Assembly (NCBI RefSeq): GCF_000354175.2
Contig: NC_022359.1
Coordinates: 960,001 to 992,000 of the forward strand
Reading direction: 5' to 3'
From: Vibrio alginolyticus NBRC 15630 = ATCC 17749
GTDB taxonomy: Bacteria; Pseudomonadota; Gammaproteobacteria; Enterobacterales; Vibrionaceae
Length of the DNA stretch: 32,000 nucleotides
Made by a program: the position numbers and the translations under genes. Below, piece after piece: positions 24,905 through 32,000 of the stretch (position 1 is its first letter; every line of letters starts with the position of its first letter). The notes under the pieces were generated by a model, which saw only the letters and a list, made by a program, of their open reading frames with translations, had not been told where the DNA came from and did no database searches.

Positions 24905-25841
24905 TTCAACAGGCCGTTACGTGCTAGGGATGGAAGTGATGACGCCAACCGGTATGAATTTAGATATTGCTAGTGCAGTTTCGTATGCTGACTTAGGAAG
25001 ATTCGACCAATGTGTAGGGGATGATGGTATCGAGCGTTTTACTTACGCCAAAATCGAATACACCAAAGAAAGTGAGCAGTTTGAGAAAACGTGTGAGTTA
25101 ATCACCCACTTGCTTGATTCATTGTTAGCACAGTTACCACGTTCATTGAGACCAATACCTTTGCTTATAGCGGTGCCTGCGTCTGTTTCACTAGTAAAGG
25201 TGCAAGAATGGCTTGGTGAAAGTAACTATGCTGAATTTCTCTCTGTGGTGAATGCTGTTCATGCCAGTGGGCCCAGTTTCGTTCTCCAGGCCATGAAATC
25301 ATTGGATAAATATGATGCTATGATGTGTATCAGTGTCGATTCCTTGGTGAGTTCGATGCAAACACTCATCGACGATGCGATGGTAATGAGTACCAATAAT
25401 CCATGGGGCGTTATTCCGAGTGAGGGTGGGGCGGGTTTAATTCTTTGTCGAAGAAATACCGTAGAAACATTGAAACTTAAGCCTCAAGCGCAGCTTGGCT
25501 ACATTGATACGGAATTAAACACTTCAGACCGAAGAGGCATGTTTCGACTTGTTCAACGTGCGAGTAAAAAGCTCGATTCATTTGGTGAAGTGTATTCCGA
25601 TATGACGAACCTGCGCATGCATTCGGAAGATTACGGCTTTGCTCTGGGGGCGAAAGCAGAACGATTCACGAACCCAGAACAACCGCAGCTTATCAATGAG
25701 TTGTGGGGCACAATGGGCAGTTGTTCTTCTCTCGCTTTAATTGCCTTTGCGGTCAGAGAGCACCACTTTAAGCAACCAACTACGTTGTTAATGTTCGACT
25801 TTCATGGTGACAAAGGAGTTCTCCAATTACTGCAATGTTAG
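24897..25841 (+). CDS. Thiolase-fold / beta-ketoacyl-ACP-synthase-like protein lacking the Cys-His-His triad (pseudoenzyme candidate)
   Basis: 8-nt overlap with the upstream gene. By-eye alignment to E. coli FabF gave these correspondences: RYVLGMEVMTPTG ~ RVVVTGLGMLSPVG; VHASG replaces ACTSG (active-site Cys); GVIPSEGGAGLIL ~ GFVLGDGAGMLVL; SDMT replaces AHGT; GTMGSCSS replaces GHLLGAAG; FDFHGDKGVL ~ FGFGGTNGSL. Confidence 0.5.
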   Translation: MHNSTGRYVLGMEVMTPTGMNLDIASAVSYADLGRFDQCVGDDGIERFTYAKIEYTKESEQFEKTCELITHLLDSLLAQLPRSLRPIPLLIAVPASVSLVKVQEWLGESNYAEFLSVVNAVHASGPSFVLQAMKSLDKYDAMMCISVDSLVSSMQTLIDDAMVMSTNNPWGVIPSEGGAGLILCRRNTVETLKLKPQAQLGYIDTELNTSDRRGMFRLVQRASKKLDSFGEVYSDMTNLRMHSEDYGFALGAKAERFTNPEQPQLINELWGTMGSCSSLALIAFAVREHHFKQPTTLLMFDFHGDKGVLQLLQC

Positions 25842-26010
25842 TGGGCGCTCATCGATCAAATGGCAATGAAAATATACTCATATTATTAGGTTGAAGTTTG
25901 TAACACGAAAAAGCGTATAACTCATGCAGTGAAAGCGTAAGTAAAAAGGTCTAATAAGTTAGTAATAATAACTAAAATAATAGGCTTACTGTTTGTTTTA
26001 AATACCAACC

Positions 26011-26040
26011 TTGATACAAGTACGTTCAAGAAAATATTAT
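26011..26040 (+). promoter_or_regulatory. Candidate sigma70 promoter TTGATA-N18-TATTAT upstream of the kinase/tssA-tssC genes
   Basis: TTGATA at 26011-26016 and TATTAT at 26035-26040, in an AT-rich 237-bp gap about 40 nt upstream of the GTG start. Motif match only. Confidence 0.3.
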
Positions 26041-26078
26041 TCAACTCTAATAATATTTATTCTATGAAAGAGTACTAA

Positions 26079-28079
26079 GTGTCTAATAATCAGAGTACAG
26101 CCAAAGGATATATCGATCAGTTGGTTGTTAAAGCTATTGAGAAAAAGAAACTGAATGAGCAAAGGCTAGCAGAAAAAAATAAGCCGAAGCTTGAGTACGT
26201 GCTTTTTTCACAGTTTGATGTATTAGACAAGCTTCCTTCTAAAAATGGTAAGACAACGGTTTACCATCTTGCAAAAAAAGGGCAGCCAGAGAAGCAAATC
26301 TGTTGCAAAGTTATCAATGATGACTCGCCAGAATTTGCGAGCAAAATGTTGATTAACGAAGCGAGCAGGCTGGAGCTTTCTCAACACCCTAGCGTGGCTA
26401 ACTTTGTAAAAATCGGCAACGAATTCGAACGCCCATATTTGATGTACGAGTGGATCCAAGGTGAATCACTGGCAGAAAAAATGGAGCGTCATTCTTCTAA
26501 AGGCTTCCGCCACGACCACATCGCTTGGTTGGTGTATCAACTCGCTGGCGCTCTAGAGTTTATGCATACAAGAGGTATCTGCCATCTTGATATCAAACCA
26601 TCAAATGTTTTGGTTAGCGAAGGCGATTACGTTAAGCTCATTGATTTCGGCGCTGCTCGTTACATTGGAGAGACAGAACCTTACGCAGAAGCAAGCTTGA
26701 GCTACGCTTCCCCTCTTTATATAGAAACTGGCATCGCGGAACCGCAAGATGATGTTTACTCTCTCGCTTTGCTCGCTGGACATCTATTTTTAGGATCAAT
26801 ATTTGGTGATGCTTGGAATAAGCAGTTAGAAGACCGAAAGCGTCCGGCTTTGATCCCGGTTCATATTTGGAAATTGCTGAAAGAAGTCATCAACAAACCA
26901 AGAGGGCATGGCTATACCGCTATTTCTTTTGCTCAACAGTTAGCGCGAATCGATACGCAATCAATTAGCTCAAATTCTAACGCACCAATTTTCAGTAGCT
27001 TGCGTAACGCGGACTTGCTGCTTACACACTGTAAGCCAAATGATAAAACGGCGTATGGTCGCTTTAAAATATTAGAGGCGAGCTTAGTGTTGAGTGTGCT
27101 GGCAACAGCAGGAAGTTATTTATATCAACAGAATAAAGATCAATTGGATGCTATTTTTTCCCAAGGTGTCACTACTATAACTCACGTTATTACGCCCTCT
27201 GAAACGGCTTCTTTTTTGGCTCAGCCTCCATGGAAAATCAAAGAAGAATTGTCTCAAGCTACTCAGAGTATTGATATGACAGAAGCTTATCGAACAGCAT
27301 ATCAAGCTCAGCAGTTAAGCCTCTCGAATTTATATGAAGAAAAACAGGCTCAGTTAACGTCGTATCAATCGTTAGCGGATGGCTTACCAATGGCATTAGT
27401 CGAATTACGTAAGGAGCTTGTCACCTTGCGAGAAACCCTTGTTCGTGACGGTGCTCTGTTTCCATATGCGGATGAGGCGTTGACTAAAGTGATGTCTGGG
27501 TTAAATGTCGCGTCTATCGATTCCATGAAAGTATCTGCCATAGCTGGCAGTCGAGATAAGCAGATTGCTCGTTTAATTTTAGATGGTGAAGCTAAGCTCG
27601 CAGAAAATGAAATGAAAGAGGCATGGTTATTAAACCAGTCACAAGCCTATTTCTACAACCAAATCTTACCAAAGGCTGTGATGGAAAATATTAATGACTC
27701 CATCGATAAACATGCAGAGGCGCACTTTTACACCAAAGCAATTGAAGAAGCTGAATTAGCCAAAGCCTACTTCGGTAATACGCCAGAACTAGACAAAAAA
27801 ATAAAGGATTTAATCGTCGCAAGAAGCGAATTTATTTTGTTTAGCACCGTGATGGAGCAATCCGTTTACGACAAACAAAAGCTACATGAATCCCTTGCCG
27901 ATTTAGAACGGAATGCACCAAGCAAATTTACAGAAATCACGAAAATTCTAGATAGCATGGCGTCGGATGCGATAGAGCAGAGCCATCGGTTATCTAAGCC
28001 AGCAAATGGCGCAATTGCGGTAGCGCGTGCGTTGAGAGATTACTTGACTGAAGGAGACGTGAATTTTGTCCAACATTGA
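26079..28079 (+). CDS. Membrane-spanning Hanks-type Ser/Thr protein kinase (PpkA/TagE-like) with a helical extracytoplasmic C-terminal domain
   Basis: GTG start. Catalytic loop HLDIKPSNVLV, DFGAAR, and a conserved Lys context ICCKVI. One hydrophobic segment ILEASLVLSVLATAGSYLY (nt ~27066-27125) is followed by about 310 aa of helical sequence. The gene is encoded immediately upstream of tssA. Confidence 0.8.
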   Translation: MSNNQSTAKGYIDQLVVKAIEKKKLNEQRLAEKNKPKLEYVLFSQFDVLDKLPSKNGKTTVYHLAKKGQPEKQICCKVINDDSPEFASKMLINEASRLELSQHPSVANFVKIGNEFERPYLMYEWIQGESLAEKMERHSSKGFRHDHIAWLVYQLAGALEFMHTRGICHLDIKPSNVLVSEGDYVKLIDFGAARYIGETEPYAEASLSYASPLYIETGIAEPQDDVYSLALLAGHLFLGSIFGDAWNKQLEDRKRPALIPVHIWKLLKEVINKPRGHGYTAISFAQQLARIDTQSISSNSNAPIFSSLRNADLLLTHCKPNDKTAYGRFKILEASLVLSVLATAGSYLYQQNKDQLDAIFSQGVTTITHVITPSETASFLAQPPWKIKEELSQATQSIDMTEAYRTAYQAQQLSLSNLYEEKQAQLTSYQSLADGLPMALVELRKELVTLRETLVRDGALFPYADEALTKVMSGLNVASIDSMKVSAIAGSRDKQIARLILDGEAKLAENEMKEAWLLNQSQAYFYNQILPKAVMENINDSIDKHAEAHFYTKAIEEAELAKAYFGNTPELDKKIKDLIVARSEFILFSTVMEQSVYDKQKLHESLADLERNAPSKFTEITKILDSMASDAIEQSHRLSKPANGAIAVARALRDYLTEGDVNFVQH

Positions 28080-29640
28080 TATCGATCGTCTGCTTAATCC
28101 TATTTCTGATGAATCTCCAGTGGGAAACGATGCCCGTTACGAGTTTTGCTACGAGATGATGGAATCTGAAGTAAAGAAATTCGGTTCCTTGTTTGGCGAA
28201 ACAGTAGATTGGAGCGTGGTAAAAACGCACGCGACTGAAGTTCTAGAGCACCACAGTAAAGACTTAAAAGCCATTTGTTACCTCGTTCGCGCGCTAACAG
28301 AAGAGTTTGGTCTGCAAGGCTTTGAACAAGGTCTAAAGCTGCTTAGTGAGGCGTTAAGTCGCTTTGGCGTTGAATTGTATCCTTCGCGAAAGCGGGGTCG
28401 AGATGGCGCGGTTGAATGGTTGAACCATCAGTTTAAACTGGTCAGTAGCAAGTTAGCGGAAAGCGCTCAGTCATGGGATTTGGTATCAAACTGCATTTCG
28501 ACTATTGAAGAAGTGCAGCGCCAGTACGACGAGGTTTACCAAGACTCAGAAGCGGATTTCTTTGAGATTCGCACTCAACTCAATGTCTTATCTCAACAAG
28601 CGGTGGCTGATGAGCAGAGCTATGATGCAGTCGTTAACGTCGAACAAGCGGCGCCTGCACCAGCTACGCAGCCTGCTGCCGCAGAAACGCCAGCGCAGAG
28701 TGAAGTGCAAACCGCACCGGTGAAGGCGGTTCCGCCGGCCCCTAAACCTGCGCCAGTTAAGAAAGCGGTAGCAAAAGAAGTCGATGTCGATACGGACTTC
28801 TCTTCGCCTACGGCTTCTAAGCGCACCTTGAAGAAGGTGGCGGAAGTCATGCTTCATGCGAACCCAAGTGATCCGCTGGCTTACCGGATTTATCGTCATC
28901 TGACTTGGGATGACATTGATGGTCTACCCGACCACCAAAACAATCAAACGCCTTTGAGCTTGGCAGTGTCGTCCGATCAACAAGCGGAATACCGAGATAA
29001 AGCTGACCAAGAAAGCGACATCGACACGATTAAGCGTTTGGAGCGCACATTAACGGATGCGCCGTTTTGGCTGACGGGCCATTACTTCGTGTATTCGATG
29101 CTTAATAACTTGGGCTTTGATGATGCAGCGCTTGCTGTGAAACAAGAAGTGACGCGTTTTGTTGAATCGCTAGAGGGCATCGAGCACCTCTCATTTAAGA
29201 ATTCTATACCATTTGCAGATGAAGCGACCTTGAGCTGGTTATCGACTCAAGATACTACTTCTTCGACTTCTCAACCCGTTGTTCAAACGGTTGTGATTTC
29301 GCAGGAAGACTCGCTGCCAATGGAGGATATCACTCTAGAAAATCTAGGGGAATGTGCCGCAGAGCTTGCCCACAAACTTGAGCTGGATAGCTCGGGACGT
29401 GGGCAGTTCATGCTGTATTTACAATTGATAGCAGCTTACCAGTCTGTTGGATTATACCCGTTGTGTTTGCCGTATCTTGAGAAGGGGTGGGAAGTACAAA
29501 AAGCGTTTAATCTCGCGAACTGGGAACCCCACTTATCGTCACAGTTAGAAGACCTAATTCGAAAAACACTCCATCGGTTATTTGGAAGCAAGGATCTTCT
29601 ACCTGAGAAGTATGAAGAGTGGAAAGCAATTTACGACTAA
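28066..29640 (+). CDS. tssA: T6SS protein TssA (ImpA_N family, VasJ-like)
   Basis: TTG start with a strong AAGGAG 8 nt upstream, overlapping the kinase gene by 14 nt. The N-terminus LLNPISDESPVGNDARYEFCYEMMESEV is the ImpA_N signature. It has a central Ala/Pro-rich linker and lies directly upstream of tssB. Confidence 0.85.
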   Translation: MSNIDIDRLLNPISDESPVGNDARYEFCYEMMESEVKKFGSLFGETVDWSVVKTHATEVLEHHSKDLKAICYLVRALTEEFGLQGFEQGLKLLSEALSRFGVELYPSRKRGRDGAVEWLNHQFKLVSSKLAESAQSWDLVSNCISTIEEVQRQYDEVYQDSEADFFEIRTQLNVLSQQAVADEQSYDAVVNVEQAAPAPATQPAAAETPAQSEVQTAPVKAVPPAPKPAPVKKAVAKEVDVDTDFSSPTASKRTLKKVAEVMLHANPSDPLAYRIYRHLTWDDIDGLPDHQNNQTPLSLAVSSDQQAEYRDKADQESDIDTIKRLERTLTDAPFWLTGHYFVYSMLNNLGFDDAALAVKQEVTRFVESLEGIEHLSFKNSIPFADEATLSWLSTQDTTSSTSQPVVQTVVISQEDSLPMEDITLENLGECAAELAHKLELDSSGRGQFMLYLQLIAAYQSVGLYPLCLPYLEKGWEVQKAFNLANWEPHLSSQLEDLIRKTLHRLFGSKDLLPEKYEEWKAIYD

Positions 29641-29666
29641 TTAAAGAGTTAGATAAGGAACGAATT

Positions 29667-30173
29667 ATGTCACGTGACGGCTCGGTGGCTCCTAAAGAGC
29701 GAATTAATATCCGTTATGTTCCAGCAACTGGCGATACGCAAGAAGACGTAGAGCTGCCGCTAAGCATGATGGTAGTTGGCGACTTTACTGCGCGTGCAGA
29801 TGAGACACCAATTGAAGAACGTACTCCAATTAACATCGACAAAGACAACTTTAACGAAGTGCTAGAGGGCATGTCTCCAAACGTTAAAGTCAACGTTGAA
29901 AACCGTCTTTCTGATGAAGAAGGCGGCCAGATAGGTGTTGATCTGACCTTCCAAAACATGAAGGACTTCTCTCCTGAAGCGATCGCGAAAAGTGTACCTG
30001 AACTAAACAGCCTACTTGAGCTTCGCGAAGCCTTGGTTGCACTGAAAGGTCCTCTAGGAAACGTTCCTGCGTTCCGTAAGAAGATCGCATCGGTTCTTCA
30101 AGATGAAGAAGCGAGAAAGAAACTGTTGGATGAACTAAGCATTGGCAACGACCAAGACGCGAAAGAAGAGTAA
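29667..30173 (+). CDS. tssB: T6SS contractile sheath small subunit TssB (VipA)
   Basis: I prefer the ATG at 29667 (AAGGAA upstream) over the 29619 start in the track. MSRDGSVAPKERINIRYVPATGD...VELPLSMMVVGDF is the canonical TssB N-terminus. 168 aa. Confidence 0.95.
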   Translation: MSRDGSVAPKERINIRYVPATGDTQEDVELPLSMMVVGDFTARADETPIEERTPINIDKDNFNEVLEGMSPNVKVNVENRLSDEEGGQIGVDLTFQNMKDFSPEAIAKSVPELNSLLELREALVALKGPLGNVPAFRKKIASVLQDEEARKKLLDELSIGNDQDAKEE

Positions 30174-30181
30174 GGGATATC

Positions 30182-31657
30182 ATGTCTGCAGAAGCACAAG
30201 CGCCAGAACAAGAAGCAGCCTTAGTTGAATCAGGTTCACTTCTGGATAGCATTCTTAACGAAACACGTTTAAAGCCAAGTGATGAAGGTTTTGACGTTGC
30301 AAAGCGCGGCGTAGAAGCATTCATCAGTGAGCTACTAAGCAGTTCGAACACAGAGAAAGTCGACCAATCTCTGGTTGATCTGATGATCTCTGAAATCGAC
30401 CAAAAATTGTCTAAGCAAGTTGATGCAATTCTTCACAACGAAGAAGTTCAAGCGATTGAATCAACGTGGCGTGGCCTTAAGTACCTGGTTGATCACACTG
30501 ACTTCCGCGAGAACATTCAAATCGAACTGATCTCTGCGAAGAAAGACGAAGTTCTTGATGACTTCGAAGACGCGCCAGAGGTGGTGAAGTCTGGCCTGTA
30601 CAAGCAGATCTACACACGTGAATACGGCCAGTTCGGTGGTAAACCTGTTGGCGCCGTCATTTGTGATTACGCTATGTCAGCTTCGTCGCCTGACATCAAA
30701 TTGATGGAATACATGGCTAACGTAGGTGCAATGTCTCACGCACCATTCATCACGTCGGCATCGGCTAAATTCTTTGGTCTAGACAGCTACGAAGAGCTGC
30801 CAAACCTAAAAGATCTGAAGTCTGTATTCGAAGGTCCACAGTACGCGAAATGGCGTGGTCTGCGTGAGCACGAAGATGCGCGCTACCTAGGTCTATGTAC
30901 GTCTCGCTTTATGCTACGTACGCCTTACTCTGTTGAAGATAACCCAATCAAGGCGTTTGACTACGATGAGCAAGTCACAGACAGCCATGATAACTACCTA
31001 TGGGGCAACTCAGCGTACGCGATGGCGTCTAAGATCAGTGAATCATTTGCTAAGTACCGTTGGTGTCCGAACATTATTGGTCCTCAAAGCGGTGGTACTG
31101 TACAAGATCTACCGGTTTACAACTTTGAAGCTATGGGTCAAATCGAGACTAAGATCCCAACCGAGATCCTGGTTTCTGACCGTCGTGAGTACGAGCTAGC
31201 GGAAGAAGGCTTCATTGCGCTAACCATGCGTAAAGGTTCTGACAATGCGGCGTTCTTCTCTGCAAACTCTGTTCAAAAACCAAAAGTGTTTGCGAACACG
31301 CCTGAAGGCAAACAAGCCGAGATGAACTACAAGCTAGGTACGCAGCTTCCTTACATGTTCATTATCAACCGTTTAGCGCACTACATAAAAGTGCTACAGC
31401 GTGAGCAAATTGGTTCTTGGAAAGAGCGTTCTGACCTAGAAATCGAATTGAACAAGTGGATCCGTCAATACGTTTCTGACCAGGAGAACCCGCCAGCGGA
31501 AGTCCGTGGTCGTCGTCCACTTCGCGCTGCGAAGGTAGAGGTATCAGACGTAGAAGGCGATCCAGGTTGGTACAAAGTATCGATGTCTGTACGTCCTCAC
31601 TTCAAGTACATGGGCGCAAGCTTCGACTTGTCTCTAGTTGGTAAGCTAGACCAATAA
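30182..31657 (+). CDS. tssC: T6SS contractile sheath large subunit TssC (VipB)
   Basis: 491 aa, immediately downstream of tssB. Conserved segments include WRGLKYLV, YGQFGGKP, ANVGAMSHAPFI and RPHFKYMGA. Confidence 0.95.
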   Translation: MSAEAQAPEQEAALVESGSLLDSILNETRLKPSDEGFDVAKRGVEAFISELLSSSNTEKVDQSLVDLMISEIDQKLSKQVDAILHNEEVQAIESTWRGLKYLVDHTDFRENIQIELISAKKDEVLDDFEDAPEVVKSGLYKQIYTREYGQFGGKPVGAVICDYAMSASSPDIKLMEYMANVGAMSHAPFITSASAKFFGLDSYEELPNLKDLKSVFEGPQYAKWRGLREHEDARYLGLCTSRFMLRTPYSVEDNPIKAFDYDEQVTDSHDNYLWGNSAYAMASKISESFAKYRWCPNIIGPQSGGTVQDLPVYNFEAMGQIETKIPTEILVSDRREYELAEEGFIALTMRKGSDNAAFFSANSVQKPKVFANTPEGKQAEMNYKLGTQLPYMFIINRLAHYIKVLQREQIGSWKERSDLEIELNKWIRQYVSDQENPPAEVRGRRPLRAAKVEVSDVEGDPGWYKVSMSVRPHFKYMGASFDLSLVGKLDQ

Positions 31658-31675
31658 CCCATTACTGAAACCATC

Positions 31676-31705
31676 AAGCAGCCAGTGAAGACTGGCTGCT
31701 TTTTT
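31676..31705 (+). terminator. Strong intrinsic terminator/attenuator between tssC and tssE
   Basis: Perfect 11-bp stem AAGCAGCCAGT / ACTGGCTGCTT with loop GAAG, followed by TTTT. It lies 19 nt after the tssC stop and 14 nt before the tssE ATG. Confidence 0.75.
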
Positions 31706-31718
31706 CGTAGGACCGCAT

Positions 31719-32000
31719 ATGGAAAAAGGTTACCGTCTTTTAGAGCGGATCGAGCTAGGAGAACCAAAAAACTGCTACGAGAAAGTGGTGTCTCATAAGC
31801 ATTTGATTGAATCCATTCACTCGCATCTCGCTGACTTGTTGAATACGCATTCCGGCAACGCAATGATCGACAATGAGTATGGTCTGCCAGATTTTAACGA
31901 CGTACTTTCTAACAACACAAACCTCGTTCGCCATATTCAAAAAAACATTACGTCAACCATAGAACGCTTTGAGCCCCGACTGCTTAATGTCGAGGTTCAT
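31719..32000 (+). CDS. tssE: T6SS baseplate protein TssE (gp25-like), 5' portion; runs off the window
   Basis: ATG at 31719 with AGGA 6 nt upstream, open to the window end (94 codons). LLERI...DLLNTHSGN...EYGLPDFND...IERFEPRLLNVEV matches the TssE/GPW_gp25 pattern. It is absent from the ORF track because it has no stop in the window. Confidence 0.85.
   Translation, partial: MEKGYRLLERIELGEPKNCYEKVVSHKHLIESIHSHLADLLNTHSGNAMIDNEYGLPDFNDVLSNNTNLVRHIQKNITSTIERFEPRLLNVEVH

Noticed and set aside
28505-28899. ORFs on both strands within the tssA Ala/Pro-rich linker region
   Set aside because: They arise from GC-rich, low-complexity linker codons (QAAPAPATQPAAAETPAQ...). Their translations are Arg/Ala-rich nonsense, and tssA occupies the locus.
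29620-29634. Sigma54-like motif TGGAAAGCAATTTAC upstream of tssB
   Set aside because: The position relative to tssB is reasonable, but both elements are degenerate (TGGAAA; TTAC lacks the conserved G of GC). It also lies inside the tssA coding end. The match is not strong enough to call without transcript mapping.
1-32000. CRISPR arrays, tRNA or rRNA genes
   Set aside because: No regularly spaced 25-40-bp direct repeats with unique spacers were seen. The only periodic elements are the 579-bp coding repeat and the 18-19-bp TTARCTAATT array, whose spacers are too short. No cloverleaf-like or rRNA-like conserved segments were recognised.

Overview
Vibrionaceae-like chromosomal window (assignment rests on my recollection of Vibrio cholerae Hcp and on gene order; no search was run). 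It has three parts. (1) nt 2-6070: the 3' end of a giant Ig-like-repeat surface protein with an in-frame 579-bp tandem repeat present about 4.5 times. (2) nt 6071-14566: a 767-bp structured spacer, then a three-gene operon. The operon encodes a 583-aa protein with MIX-like motifs and no signal peptide, a 375-aa lipoprotein with beta-propeller-like repeats, and a 1581-aa leaderless protein with an internal, non-canonical OmpA-like peptidoglycan-binding domain. I read this as T6SS cargo: two secreted partners flanking an immunity gene. (3) nt 14610-32000: one arm of a type VI secretion system cluster. On the minus strand are a sigma54 enhancer-binding activator and clpV. Diverging from them are hcp, vgrG, four translationally coupled accessory genes (small protein with a VgrG-like C-terminal tail, helical 439-aa protein, DUF2169-like protein, beta-ketoacyl-synthase-like protein without the catalytic triad), a membrane Ser/Thr kinase, tssA, tssB, tssC and the start of tssE. 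No tRNA, rRNA, CRISPR array, transposase or integrase was seen. The most interesting items are the putative binary effector/immunity operon, the vgrG-linked accessory cassette and several unexplained short-repeat or operator-like arrays in intergenic DNA. All functional calls come from reading motifs by eye and need HMM, structure or experimental confirmation.
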